Of a stretch of DNA of 64,000 nucleotides, positions 24,202 to 38,040 are shown in pieces. Location: contig JANJGN010000034.1 in NCBI GenBank assembly GCA_026770705.1, positions 4,898,001 through 4,962,000 on the forward strand, written 5' to 3'. The position numbers and the translations under genes are program-made. How positions within the stretch are numbered: the first letter of the stretch is position 1; each line of letters begins with the position of its first letter. The DNA comes from Isurus oxyrinchus. Lineage: Eukaryota. Below the pieces are notes generated by a model. That model saw only the letters and a program-made list of their open reading frames with translations. It ran no database searches and was not told where the DNA came from.

Positions 24202-27200
24202 TTAAAACCTTTTAAATTGTTTGGCAACTGCGATTTCATCAGGAAACGGGCATGCAGAGGTACTGGGCTTTAGAAAGGGATCTGTTTTGAAGTAGTTTAT
24301 ACTGTTTTGAAATCAAAAAATGGCTTTACCCGCTCATAAGCTTTTTCTGGGAGTAAAAGCTGCAACTGTAAGCTATTTGAAATCCTTGACTCAGGCTAAA
24401 CTGAAAGAGTTATCAGACACAGTTAAGTTTGAAATTACTTCCGGATTTCGTAAGGATGATATGATTCACCCTAGCATTTACAATAAAAAGGTTATAAATC
24501 TGAAGTTAAGTGCGCACATCAAGACTAAGCGAAAATTCAGTTTGAGATGAAGAATGTTCAATTAAAGAGAAACGAAAACATAAAAAGGAAAAACGTCGAG
24601 CAGTAAAAAAAAGAGGAACAGGAAATATAAACATTGAAAGAACCGAAAATGAAAAAGCTTTATCTCGAGTTTCAAAGAAGTAATAAAGTAATAGTGAATG
24701 GATTGGCGCGAGAACACTTCAAATTAAAGAAATAACGGGGCGATAGTATTCAAATGAAGATTCTTATTTCACTTAGAAATTGGACTTCAGTAAGCTTCTT
24801 CGTTTAGTGACCAGGTTTATAGAGGGTGGAGCTGAGAGGAGCTGACATGGCACAAATGTACCATAATGTTTACAGTGTAATCTCATAGGTACAGGTAAGA
24901 ATGTGATCACGAGCCTGTCAAACAAGCAGTCTGCGCATGGTATAGTGGTTAAAAAACAAAATATTCGATGCTTATGACAGTGTTCTTGAATGTTCTCAAA
25001 TAAGGGTTAGGAGCATGGAAGGAAAACTAATCAGACACGTGTAAAATTGTCGAGAGAACATGAAATGCTTCAGGATAAGTGATTTTTAACACTGACCTGA
25101 TAGAAACATAGGGACATGGGGGAGATTATTAATATGGGAGAATTGGCAAATGGTATTACTGGAATCATAACAGTCATGGATTCAAATTATATTTCTCAAG
25201 CAATAGTTACATCTGTGGAAAGTGTCAATTGGGAACTACAAAGAAAGTAAGCGGATTCCAGACGCTTAGGATGGAAAATGTACTAGTTCTCTGGAACAAG
25301 CAGAAGGTTGACAAATGAAAAAAAAACGGGCAAGGAACAAAAATTAATGCAAGGAAAATATTATACATCTATTGTAATAAGGCTGGATATGCAAAAGATA
25401 GTTGCAGGAAATTAAATGGGAGACATATTGCAACGGTAGGTACGTTTAACAAAATTTAAAAAAAAGGTTCTACCAGGAAAGAAAACCATTATTAACGTCG
25501 TAGTAAGTGAAACATTTTTTTTATACCTGCAAATCAACTAGGAACAGAGATATAGATTAAGATAGCAGGTCAATATTCCCCGAATACTGCTAAGGAGCGT
25601 TAGGCCACTGGAGGTTCTCTATGATTTAGCAAGAACGCAGATGTGTTCCCTTCCAACTCCAAAGAAAAAAAAAACAAATGATAGAAAGGTTTGTTACGTT
25701 TATCAAGCAGAGGTATTCTCTTATCTTCCTAGTCAGACATTTTTTTTTCTATTGGCCATGGTTGCATGTCACCAGTGTCACAAATTCGGGAAGACCCAAT
25801 CAACAATTTAATCTGTAACCATAATTCCGATGCCAGCTTTTGATGAAACGTTTATCAGGGCCTTACTATATATTGTGTCGGACCTCGAAGTAAAGACAGA
25901 AATACTAATCAGAATCTTCCAACAGATATGGATGTGTCAGTACGTTTTTCTTTTCTGAGACAGTGTATTTGGGGAAAGTTACAGTAGAATAGTTGTGGAC
26001 ATCTTAGTTCATGTGTTTACAAAATATGGAATAAATCAGGCAAAATCAATTAGATCAAAGCCAAATTATAGATTGTATCGCATCATTCAGGTAATTTGGG
26101 ATAAGCTGACTGAGCCAGAATCTTGTACTCTAATTTTCACAGTAACTGCATAGTCCATGTGAACCAATGGTACCCTGCGATCAGATACACCACACCTGTG
26201 AAACTAATTTACAGATGCCACCTCAAGCAAAGGCTATCGATCCATGTTCAACTCCACCCACAGGCTTTTCGCACCATGAACCAGCCTGTCGCAATGAATT
26301 TCCTCCTTCAAAGAAGGGAGTCTAATTGCCATTCTCCGGGTCATTGCCTTAGAATCTTCCAAAAAAACTGATGTTTTTCTTCAGGCACATTCCACAAGGG
26401 TTCACCATCAGTGTATCATTCTCTCCTGGTGATGTTCATCATCCCTGAGTCACCATATGCATTCAGGCAGTCTTCCATGCAATCTCACTTTCCACAACTC
26501 AACCTTAACAGTGCATCATTTCTTCACATGTCCATATCAAAGAATAACAAACATTTATTTGTCTCGTTGAACCTTCTTGCTTCTTACAAGATGTTCTTAC
26601 CTCATATCTGAAGTTTGGTGCCTTCTTGTCCTTCCTAAGACTAGGCTGTCTTATTCGACATTTTTCTCCGTCTTCACTGATCTTTTTTCTTTTCGGTTTT
26701 TTTTTCCCTATCTTGGGGCGTTTTTGTTACTATGCGAAGTGTCCAGCTTCCTGTCACCTTGTGCAATATCTCTGGGTCCTGTCTTCAATTGGAAGTTCAC
26801 TGGTGCTTTCTGTGGGTGGAGCCTCACTATAAGTCTAACTGTTGCTAGGAAACGGCATGGACTTCTTTTGTTTACTTGCACTTCATAGGTGTCATAACCG
26901 TCTCATTTTAGTAGCAATCATCCTTTTAATTGAGACTTTAAATCCATTTGAACTTTATTAACACAATGATACTGAAATATAAATCAAACTTAAACTGCAA
27001 AGCAAAAGCTTATTCTGAAATCCCACAATGGCAAGTATTACATACTTAACCACATTTCCTTACTAACATAGGCATGATTCTAACGAGCAGAGAGATTTCC
27101 CGTGGATTTCCATTGACTCCACTTGTTACAGGGCTCCTTGATGCCACATTCTTTCAAATGCTACCTTGATCTCAAGGGTAGTCACACTCACCTCAGTTAT

Positions 27201-28354
27201 TTCACACAGATTCAATGTAATAATAGATAGTCCCGCAACAAAACAATTTAAGCATTAAACAGGTAATCCACAGTTGCCTGCAGCAATAGAATGATGGCAT
27301 CAAACTTCAAAGACCATGATTAAATGATGTTGTCAATAATGTCCCTTTAATAGGATAAATAAATTCTATTTTTGCGGTTGCCATGATATTCCCCCTGATA
27401 AGTCAACAGGATTCAATCCTTTTGAACTGATATCTGGGCGTAGATTGAGAGGAGACCCTAAAGTTGTTAACAAAAATGTTACAAACAATGCCTTGAGAGC
27501 ACATTTGACCTATGTGCCCAAAGTCCTTGAAATGATAACCCAGGTATATGTGCTGGACAAAAACATTGGAATATTGCTCAACAAACAATAGAGGCTAAAA
27601 AAGATTAAAACGGCCACAGCTCGAAATTCTATTGCCCGATCACTGCCAGAAGTTCGGAAATGTGGCGAGCCAGCCAAAGGTTGTATGACATCAGCAAGAT
27701 TGGAAGAACACGCTGGCGAGAGGAGATGTAACATTCCAGGTCTATTGTTACCTGTCTCTGATAAAAAGTTCAAAGCGAAATGCACAGGCCCTTATCAAAT
27801 CAACAAGAAACTTAATTGAGAAAATGATATATTCAGTGCACCAAGCAGAAGGAAATTAAGCATGTGTATCACGTTAACATGTTGGAGCGATGATATAAGA
27901 TGGAAGTTAGCCAGCACAGGCGTGTGGTTACAATATGGAATGAATTAGGGAGTGAAATTATAGAACCAGGGAGATTGGAAAATTAATAAGGAGTCGAATA
28001 TTCTGAAATTCACCCTCCAGTGATCTGATTGGATAATACGGAGATGTTCAAACATATAGATGCAATATTGTGCGAAATTCCACAAACGTGTTGAGGTGGC
28101 TTACAAACGCAATTACAAACTCTTCAGTCGACTTGCGCAAATCGGCCAGGGGCAAACAATTTGGAAATAAATGATGCTTATGTAGGGAATGTATCAATGA
28201 AGGAATAATTCCTTTAGAGGTAAATTTCAAGTGTAGAGCATGTGTGAGGGAAGGGATCACGTTCATCACTTAAAATATGCATTACTCCGAGCAGATTGAG
28301 TTCAATTATTACAATGCTACCAAAAGCAGATTTGTAACAAAATATTTTGATATG

Positions 28355-29150
28355 AAAGCAAAATACTACAGGCACAGCAAATATGAAATACAGACATGAA
28401 GTGTTGGGAAAAAAATATTACTCCACAGTTTCGACGTCATCTGTGGAGAGCGAAACAGAGTTAACGTTTTGAGTCTGCATGACTGTTCTTAAGATCAAAG
28501 GACAAGTAAGCAATGCGATGGGCTTTAAAGTGCTAAAGAAGGGGGGGAGCTGATGAAGCAAGCACCAAGGTCATAAATAAGTGGGTGTACAGAGAGATTG
28601 GCTATAGCTAAGATGCCATCGAAAAAAAATGGAGTACGAATGGCAGTGGTAAGTTCTAAATATGTTTCTGATGGTGCCAGAATGTGTTAATCGCAGAACA
28701 AACGTGAGTGTTCCGTGAAAGCCCAGCAGAGAATCAAATGACACATCACGTGGAGGGGGGATGGAGGTTTTGACTGAAAATTATTAATAATTATGAGTAA
28801 ATGAATGAATATAAATAAAGTATTAATTAAGAAAAATAATTATAGCAATTGAAATAACAATAAAAGAACAAAGGAGTAGAAATAGAGGAAAGATTTCATG
28901 GTCCTAAGTTGTTGAAATCTATGTTAAGTATGAAAGGCTTGAAAGGATGACATCGGGCCATGGCTGGTGAGGAGGATGGAGATAAAGAGGCAGTTTTCGC
29001 AAATTCTGTGATTTCCTGGAAGGTGGCAAAGGATGGGGGAAGGATTTGGCAAGAAAGGGGGCTGAGTGTGCTGTTGACTATGGTGTGATGGAGTAACTGG
29101 TCCATGCAGAACTCTTACAGATGTGCTGTGGGGAGTTGTGTTTGGTGGCA
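28355..29150 (-). mobile_element. Penelope-like 3' fragment inserted in Gypsy RT (copy 1)
   Basis: tgtggagagcgaaacagagttaacgttt terminus; minus-strand LNIDFNNL similar to the end of 51012-53250. Confidence 0.7.
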
Positions 29151-31129
29151 TCATGCAAATTCAATACAGTGACAAAAAGTGGATCCATGAACAATTCAAA
29201 GATTTGAAGCTTCTATTGAAAACAATGAACAAGCAAGTTTTGTTACAATCATTAATCATTCAAATGTTATCGGTAGGTTCCTTCGACTGATTTGCACAAA
29301 TGTGTATCAGCTTTCATAACATGAATGGGCATTCTCACTGTAAGTAAAAGCCATTCGGAATGAAGAATGTAACAGCGACTTCTCCAACATGAATAACTAA
29401 TGTCATTGAAGGAGCATGTATCTGTGTCGCACATTCAACATTTGAACAAATTGCTGGAGCAGCTGCAAAGTGCCAATTTTGCTTAAAAAATGGCAAAAAC
29501 TGATTTTGCCCAGGCAAAAGTAAGTTAGTTGTACGACAATGTAGGACAAAGCCAAGTAACCCCGAGAGATTCAAAAATGAGAAAAAAAATGTTCTTTGAT
29601 TTACCACCGTCTAAAATATAATGAGAGGTTTTATGGCATTTACACGCTTTGAAATGCATCTGGAGCTCCTTTTTGAAAAATGTCTCCATTTTAATGCCTC
29701 TCTTGAAGACCTTGTTAAATAAAGGAAATGTATTTGAATGACAGAGGAGTGTCAAATTACCTTTGACAGCTTGGGTGCTCTGCTGACGACTGTATGGACA
29801 TCAGAAGCACCTAATCATGCTAAGGCATTTGAACTGGCTGTTGATGCCAGAAAAGTAGGTATTGGGCACTATTATTACAGGAGGACACGAAAAGGATCGA
29901 ACAGCCTATCAATTACTTTTCTCACAAGGTCAATCCTTGTCAGAATACAGATGCAACTGCGGGGAAAAAATTGAGCCCGGTGTTGGCTCTATAGCTGGTT
30001 GATCTGTATATTCAAAAGCTCTGCAGAGAATCATTTCTACGCACAACAATCCTGTAACATATTTTTAGAAAATTTTAATATCTAGAAGCTGAGAATGTTT
30101 CGTTGGGGTTTACTTCTGCAACAAGGTAATTAGAAAATTAATCATGGAATTGGAAGGGGCAATACAATACCTCATGTGTTATCAAGTGCAAGTGTGGAGG
30201 AACATGAATGTCATCATCAACATTGACTTTTGTGGGCTATATGGGCATGGGTTGAGAGGAGGGTTAAATTTGTTAATAAAAATGTTACAAACCAAGCCTA
30301 TAGACCTCATATTTGATTAAGGTTAACCAGGTTGTTGAGCAGCGCAAACAACAGTTGAATATCACCCAACAAATAATGGAGGCTAAAAGAGATTAAAAAG
30401 ACCAAAACTGGGTATTCTATCGCACCTTCGTTGCGGGACGTGCTGAAATGTGGTAAGCCAGCCCAAGGTCCTTTGACATTCGTAGAACAGTGAGGCGGGA
30501 GGGGCCGTAAAACTCTACATGTTACCTGTCTCTGGTGAAACGTTCAAAGCGAGATTCACTTGCTTTATCAAAGCAACAGGAAACTAAATGAGCTAAATTG
30601 TACAGTCAGTGCTCCAGGCAGCAGGAAAGTGAGCGTGTGTATCACTTAACGTGTTGGACCAATATTATGACTCGGAGGATGGCCAGCACAGGCGTTTGTT
30701 CACAATATGAAATGAACTGCGCAGTGAACATACAATATCAGGGAGATTCGTGAACGAATCAGGAGTCGAATATTCTGATGTTCACACGCCAGTGACCAGA
30801 TTGAAAAATAGCCAGATGTTTTAAAATTTAGATGCAATTTCGTGTGACTTCCAATAATGGGTTGAGATGGCTTACAAGCGCAATTACCAACTCTTCAGCT
30901 CACTTGCCCAAATCAGCCAGTGGCAACATATTTGGCAATAAATGATGCAAATGTAGTGAATGTGTCACCCATAAAACAAAATCCTTGCAGGCTAACTTCC
31001 AGGGAATGATCATGTATGGTGGAAAAGCGCAACATCATGATCGAAAATATACATTAATCAAACGAGTCCGAGGAGATGGAGCTCATCTATTGCAATGTGA
31101 CCAAAACCAGATTTGTAACAATATTTATT

Positions 31130-32200
31130 AATATGAAAGCAAACTACTACAGTTGCAGGAAAGCTGAATTACAAAGAAGAAATGCTGAAAAAAATATCAG
31201 CAGATTTGTTTGCATCTGTGGAGAGCGAAACAGAGTTAATGTTTCGAGCCTGTATGAAGCTTTTTTTAAGAGCTAAGAACAAGTAAGCAATGCGAAGTGC
31301 ATTTCAGTGTTTAAGAGGGGTGGAGCTGATGAATCAAGATCCAAGGATAGGCATAATTGGAAGCTCAGAGAGATTGGAACCAGCTAAGATGCAATGGATC
31401 AATGGAAAATGGAGTACGAATGGCAGTGGTAAGTTTTAAATAAGTTTCTAATCTTGCCAGAATGTGTCAGTAGCAGAACAAACGTGAGTACTTCATAAAC
31501 GTCCAGCATTGAAACAAGTGACAGATAGCATGGCGTGAGGAGGGAGATTTTGCTTAAAACTATTAATAATTATGTGAGCAAATGAACGAAAGCATTAATA
31601 TAAATTAAGATAAATAAGTATAACACTTTAAATATCAATGAAATAACAAAGGAGTAGAGATGGAGGAAAGAGTTCATGGTGTGAAGTTGTTGAACTCTAT
31701 GTTTAGAATGGAATACTGTAAAGTGCCGAATCAGATTAGTTGTTCTTAATGCAGGTTACATCGGGTCTCACTGGACTTTTGCAGCATGCCAAGGACAGTC
31801 ATGTGGGCATAAGTGAAAGACAATGTGTTGAAATGGGAGAAGTCATGGAGGTCTGTGTCATTCGTGCAGAGTACGCAAAGGTGTTCTACGCAGCAATAAC
31901 CCACCCTTCCTTTTGTCTCCCCAAAGTATAGGAGAATGCATGAGAGCAAATTAAAGGAAGTGCGAGTGAAGCACTGCCCAGCTTGAAAGGAATGTTTAAG
32001 GCCTTGGACGATGAGGAGGATGAAGCTAAAGTGGCAAATGTCCCAAATTGTATGATTCACTGGAATGTTGGCATGGGATGGGGATGAGGATTTGGCGTGG
32101 ACGGAGGCTGGTTGTGTCGTTGACTAGCATGTGATGGAGGGAATGGTAAATGCAGAATGCTGACAGGTGTGGTTAGCTAAGATGTGTTTGGTTGCACTAT
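31130..32200 (-). mobile_element. Penelope-like 3' fragment inserted in Gypsy RT (copy 2)
   Basis: Paralogous to 28355-29150; retains more of the GIY-YIG region. Confidence 0.7.
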
Positions 32201-33447
32201 ACAAACTCCATGCGGTGATAAAGGTGGATTCATACCCAGATTCAAGAATTGAAGCCTCTATTGAAAACAATGGAATGCGTTGCTTATTAAAATAATTGAA
32301 TCAATAAAGTGTTATTGCCAGGTGCTTTGACTAATTTGCATACAGGCGTGCGAGCAGTCATAACGTGTATGGACATTCTCATTGCAATTAAAGGCCTTTT
32401 AGAATGAAGAATGCAACAGCAACTTCTTCAACATGAACCAATGATGTCATTGAGCGAACATGCACCTGTGTCACATTTTCAAAATTTGTACAAATTGCTT
32501 GAACAGCTGCGAAGAGCCAATTTGCTCATAAAATTGGCGAAAAATGAATTCGCAGATGTGAAAGTACCTTAATTGTTCAACTACGTGGGACAAACCAAAG
32601 TAGCCTCGAGAGAATCAAAAATTAAGATCTGCTTTGATTTACCACCGCCTAAGACATAATGAGAGGCTTTATAGCATGTATGCAAGTTTGAAATTCATCC
32701 GGAGCTCCTTTTTGCAGAATTTCACCATTTTAGTTGATCTGATGAAGATCTTGTTGAATGAAGGAAATATATTTGAATGGACAGAGGAGTGTCAAATTAG
32801 CTTTGACAGCTTGGGAGCTCTGCTGACGACTGCACCGGCATCAGAAACACCAAACTATGCTAAGCAATTTGAACTGGCAGTTGATGCCAGAAATGCAGCT
32901 GTTGGGCAGTATTATTACAGGAGGACACAATTGCGATGGAATGGCCCATCAGTTTCTTTGCTGGAAAGCTAAATTGTTCGCTGCAGAGATACGCAACTGG
33001 GGGAAAAATAATTTTGAGTTCCGTGTTCTCTCTACAGCATTTAGAACTTAATATTCAACAGCTCTTCAGATACTCATATTTCTACGCCAACAATCCTCTA
33101 ACATGCTTTTTAGCAAACTTTAATATCAAAAACCTGAGAATGTTTTATTAGAGTTTAATGCTGCAACAAGGTAATTTGAAAATTAATCATGTAATGGGAA
33201 GGGGCAATAGAATAGCTGATGCGTTAAAAAGTACAAATATGATGGGTCATGAATGTCATGTTAAATGTTGACTTGTGTGGGATATAGGTATGTTAGATTA
33301 CTATCCAGTTGATGTAAACATATTGCTACTACCAGCGGAAAAAGAGCATTAGTAAAATGGAAATAGTGAAGACAGGAGATTGAAGTAGTAAAGAGCAATG
33401 CCTCTTAAAAGTATCTTTTCTTGTTTTTCTTTTCTGCTGGGCGATAT

Positions 33448-34322
33448 TGTAAAAAATGTATAACATTCCATTTAATTTATATGTGCAAAGAACGGCAAGA
33501 GCAACATGGTATTAGCTTGATTTATATATATATATATATTACTTGCCCTGAGCTGGATGTCGAGACGTCTAAGGCCCTGTTCTCATGAATATACTCTTAG
33601 TGTGGTTTCTCATTTTGTTGTGACGAGATGGCTGATAAAAGTGTTACTAGTGACGCGAATTTAGTGAAAAAATCATACTATTGACAAAAAATAGCGTTGT
33701 TGACTGGTGTGTCAATTGTGCAGGCTCACGCAGGGCCACAGGGGAATGATGCTGGGCAGTCACTATCTGTCTACTACAGAGTGAAAGCAGAAACTCTCAG
33801 CTGTCTAGTAAGAAGCCTGTCATGACTTCTGAGAGCTCACTTTGAGTAAAATATGTGGGTGCTCTGAGCGGAAACAGTGGGGACGTTAGATTCTGGGCTT
33901 TCAGGGGGGTGTCACGGCCAGACTTTGCGGCTGATTGAAATTGTCCCATTAAATACTCAGAAATGGGCTGGGAAGGAAATAAATACTCTGCCAGGCCAAG
34001 CAAGAGGCCGTAGTGTTATGGTACAGTTAAATTCTCGGTGCGGTTTGTGTTCGTAAGAGCACTGTTGCGGTAAAATGTGTGATATGAGTTTGAGTCTTAT
34101 TGCAGGTGTTCGGACTGATATCTTTCCGAACTTCCTGTCGAGTATAATGTAATTCATTTCTTCCTGCTTAACAAAGATGTAGAAAGTACACTGTCGGGCT
34201 CTGGTGAATATGTTCAGGAACTGACCTCCAGAGATTCTAGAAAAAAAAAGTTTGGGTCTATCAAACCAGGTTTCACCCTGGCATCTGACTTACGCAGTAT
34301 TAACATCAGCTGGGATCGTATG
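33448..34322 (+). repeat. Putative 3' LTR of Gypsy element
   Basis: 34200-34320 aligns loosely with 24050-24180; 5' boundary uncertain. Confidence 0.5.
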
Positions 34323-35054
34323 AAAGTTAAACGTTCTATGCTTCATTGAAACACTTGTCATCAATTGAAACTTGTGATACCAAGATTTGCCCTACTTTTT
34401 ATTTCTTTGGTCATTTCAAATAAATTAACATGGATATCTAATTTTTATTAACAACTTTTTAAGAAATCATTGCACAACTGTCAAACAATACTTTTGTTGC
34501 TGGATGCATTCTTAATATTCGTTCCTGGCTTCTGTGCTCCACACTGCTTAACACATCTTAAAATTATTTTGTCATTTTTAATTTGACTCATAGTTTAGAA
34601 TTATTGTAGGTTTAAATTATTACACATATTATTTAACTGCGACATTCTTGTCCACTCTGTTCCAAATTTGACAGCATTCCACCGATCTATGATGTGAGCC
34701 CCCGTGAATTATTGACAACACTGTGTCCTTGTTAGTCAGCAGTTTGAAGCAACTGATTTTTTTTTTCTCGAGCACCAGCCACCACTCACCTACCACAAGC
34801 CCCAACCCAGTACAAACACAAAAGCATGTAAACTATAGCATTAGATGAATTGTTTATGTCTTTATTCCTGGAATCACAATGTACTGTTTCAATATTACCC
34901 GTAGATTAATTAATTTACATTGGCAAGACGTTCGTTCAGATTGCAATGCATTCCTCGTTATGTTAATACTCCTGCTCAACTAAATTAAAGCACACGACCA
35001 GGCCAATCATGGCTGCCACCAAGAAGGAATTGAAATTGATTTTTTATTTTACAG

Positions 35055-35081
35055 CAATTGGACGCAACGAAGCTTCGACGG
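35055..35081 (+). CDS. Micro-exon 8 (27 nt); (A)IGRNEAST
   Basis: tttttattttacag|CAATTGGACGCAACGAAGCTTCGACGG|gtaagc. Confidence 0.75.
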
Positions 35082-35219
35082 GTAAGCTGCATTTTGAGTT
35101 GATTGGACGTTATCCTGAATGCAAATATCAGAAGTGAATGAATAATACATTCTAATGGGTTGGAAAATGATTGGCGAGTGGAGCAACGGAAGCCTATCTT
35201 TCTTTGGCATGATCATATT

Positions 35220-35560
35220 TTTATTCACACATGTTATTTGGACGTCGCTGGCTGGGCCCAGATTTTGTATCCATTCTAATGGTCCTTCTTCAGAGGGAAA
35301 TCAAGGGTCAACCACCTTTGTGTGGGTCTGGATTCACTCGCAGGCCAGACGGAATAAGGCCAGCAGATTGCCTTCCCGAAAGAACATGAGTGATCCAGAG
35401 GTATTTTTACAGCAATTGGTTTTGTGGTCATAACCAGACATGGATTACAATATTGTATTGAATTAAAAATTCACCATTTACCGAGGTGGGATCTGAAGCC
35501 GTATCCACAGTGTTTTAGGGAGAATCTCTGGGATACTAGTCCAGTGATTACACCAATATT
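35220..35560 (-). mobile_element. SINE fragment
   Basis: Similar to 9478-9800. Confidence 0.55.
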
Positions 35561-36649
35561 TAGAAAATTTGGTATAGCTCTATTGCTGCTCTCTCCAACC
35601 CATTCTAATCCGTGTTTTATTATAAGGGAATTAAAATTGCCCATTTTGAATATTGTTTTCCTCTATTCATCGCAATAGTAATGAAAAAAAAAAAACATTT
35701 TGCAACGACAACATAGGAACTCTGGCCAAATGCGGAGAGCAAAAGGGAATGCAGATGATCATAGAGTGGGAACTGACATCTGCAAGCCTTGCATTTTAAG
35801 TTTACTCCAGTCATACTTTGGAAGAGTGATAACATTGGTTTTATGTATATACTGTTTCGTCCTCTGGCTGGAGATACATTCAGCTGATTGAACTTTCCTT
35901 CAGCAAGTTCGTATCGGCTATGCTTTTAGTTGCTGCATTCCATGTCATAACAACTTGCTTTGTAAATGTCTCTTCTCACATTATTTTTTTCAGTGCCTGA
36001 AAACTTGGATGTTAGCTTGTTGATAGTGAACAGTTAACATGCATGAGTACAAATACCAGACGTTGAGCAGCCCGGTGTAAATGCCTGCCTTGGGCAGCAC
36101 GGGAAAACTGCATTTTTCTTACTTGTCATGAAAAATGAGGATGCTAAAAATTCATTTTCAATGCCTGTATTTGCAGTCGCCATTTTACGAATTTTCATCT
36201 GGACCAATCAATGTTCACTAACTCTGTGGTTGTCTGCTACAGAAAAGTCATGGGACTTTCATGATTAATTGAATTGCAGCACATAGAAATATTCTCGACA
36301 ATACATAAGGAAAGCTGGCATTTTGGTTGCTTCAGTACCTTTCGCTAGTACAAAGACAATTCCGGAATTGTAAGAAGGATTGGCAATTCTGCATCAATCT
36401 TTTTGCTCACTTGACATATAACCCTGGGCCAAACCCTGCCAATCACATTCAGATCACGAACCTACTCTTTATGTTTTAACGTAGCACAGGAAATCTTCGA
36501 TTTTTTTTTGTCTGGAAGTCCAAATCGGATATATTCAGAAATGTGGAGGGAGACCAATATCTGAGCTTCTCCTAGCAGAGCAGGTTCATATGGGAAACCA
36601 AATCCACGCCACCTCTTGTGGCCAATGACACGTTAAAATGCTTTGAAAC

Positions 36650-37700
36650 AGTTAAATAGTTTTTAACTTTCTTATTGAATGCGTGTGAGTGAGGTAGGTG
36701 TATCGGCTGCTGGGTTGGTAGGCTGGCATGGTCGTGTTTGGGAGAGTGGTAGTTGTCGATCTGTCAGTTTTCAGCGTGTTAGGGTAGTAGTGTGCGGATG
36801 ATGGTAGAGTCATAATGGTAGCAGCTATGTGGGGTGGAAGATTGGCAGTGTATTCAGGTGTCACAGTAGAATACTGGTGGGGTAGACTGTGATAACTGTA
36901 TGGAGGGTGGAGGAGGTCGTGCCAGGTCAGGCCAATGTGGAGTCAAAGTGTTGGGGGAAGTGGAATGGAGAGCTGATGCGTGTGTTCCAGACTTTCGGGA
37001 GTATGCGCACTTCATGATGCAGTCGGATGTTGGCATGGAGTCCAAAGCCAGCAGGGAGTTTGGTAGGCCGAGGGGCAGGGTTTCGCTGGAATCAGAGAAT
37101 CGGTGATATTTGGAATGCATTTGGAATTGGAGATCCACGGATTCAAGGGGTAAGGGAAGATTTCGAATTGCCAACGAGGTCAGCGGACAAGGCGAGTTTG
37201 AAAGTCAAGAAGCATGGTCCAGTCCACAGAGTTTGAAAGACAGAAGCACATTTGGGGAGAGGAATGTCCGGGGAGGAAATTGACAGTCAGAATGAGTCGA
37301 GAGTCAGTTAATGGTATATTTCTCCAAGATGCAGGAATCTTTACCATTTTCCTGACTAAAACCTCCTCAGTAACTATTCTGATAATTGGCTCAAAACGTG
37401 AGGACATAAGCTTGTTTTCAAAGGGTTCCAGAAGCGGGGAATTCTCAGTCGGAAAATTAATATTCCTGGCCTTTACTCAGAACCTTTCTATTTGGACTTT
37501 CGCGGGGTCCACGAGCACAATTTGCACCGTTACTTCGGGATAAAATCATCTGGAGGCCGGAAGCTCTGGGCACAAATTTGTGAATACACGTTCGATTGAA
37601 ATACGGCTCCAAAGAAACACTGTTGACACTCAAATTGTATCAGTGATTTTCAAGCTGAAGATTCACATGATCTTAGGTCGTAATCACAAATCGGTTTCAA
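36650..37700 (-). mobile_element. Penelope-like 5' ORF fragment, decayed
   Basis: Minus-strand LQFQMHSKYHRFSDSS and SRFEPII..; resembles the N-terminal Penelope ORF; low certainty. Confidence 0.4.
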
Positions 37701-38004
37701 TCTTCACAGAAACAGATCCTCAATGAATGATTGTTCAAACGCGGATGCAAGCAACTGGCTAAACAATGACCACAAGTCATTGCGCCTGCACATTCTATTG
37801 GGCCACCTCTTATACATACTAGATGATATTCGAGTTTTGTGAAGCCATTTGACTTAATTTACTGGCGTGCTTTGTGGCAAGCAGATAAAGCACGGCCTGC
37901 TGTTTAAGGCCACTGCAATTTCTATGGAATGTGAGGTGATATTTTTTGAGAGCTGTTCATCTTCACTGTAGTCCTGAATGATGGAAGGAAATTTCTTGTT
38001 TCAG

Positions 38005-38040
38005 AGTTGGATACACTAAAAATGAACCTGAATATCTCAA
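38005..38040 (+). CDS. Micro-exon 9 (36 nt); (E)LDTLKMNLNIS
   Basis: tttcttgtttcag|AGTTGG...ATCTCAA|gtgagt. Confidence 0.78.

Larger units (their letters stand above)
27443..33295 (+). repeat. Diverged tandem duplication (~27443-30250 and ~30251-33295) of INT C-terminus/RT/RNase H with nested Penelope fragment
   Basis: e.g. gaatgacagaggagtgtcaaattacctttgacagcttggg (29736) vs gaatggacagaggagtgtcaaattagctttgacagcttggg (32775). Confidence 0.9.
23730..34322 (+). mobile_element. Decayed Ty3/Gypsy LTR retrotransposon with Gmr1-like domain order (gag-INT-RT-RNase H)
   Basis: LTR 3' ends tcagctgggatcttaaca (24180) and tcagctgggatcgta (34320); gag MALPAHKLFLGV..; knuckle YCNKAGYAKDSC ~25370; INT ~25750-27890 (GPYQI, VYHVNML); RT PFGMKN ~29350; RNase H FELAVDA ~29830. 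Confidence 0.75.
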
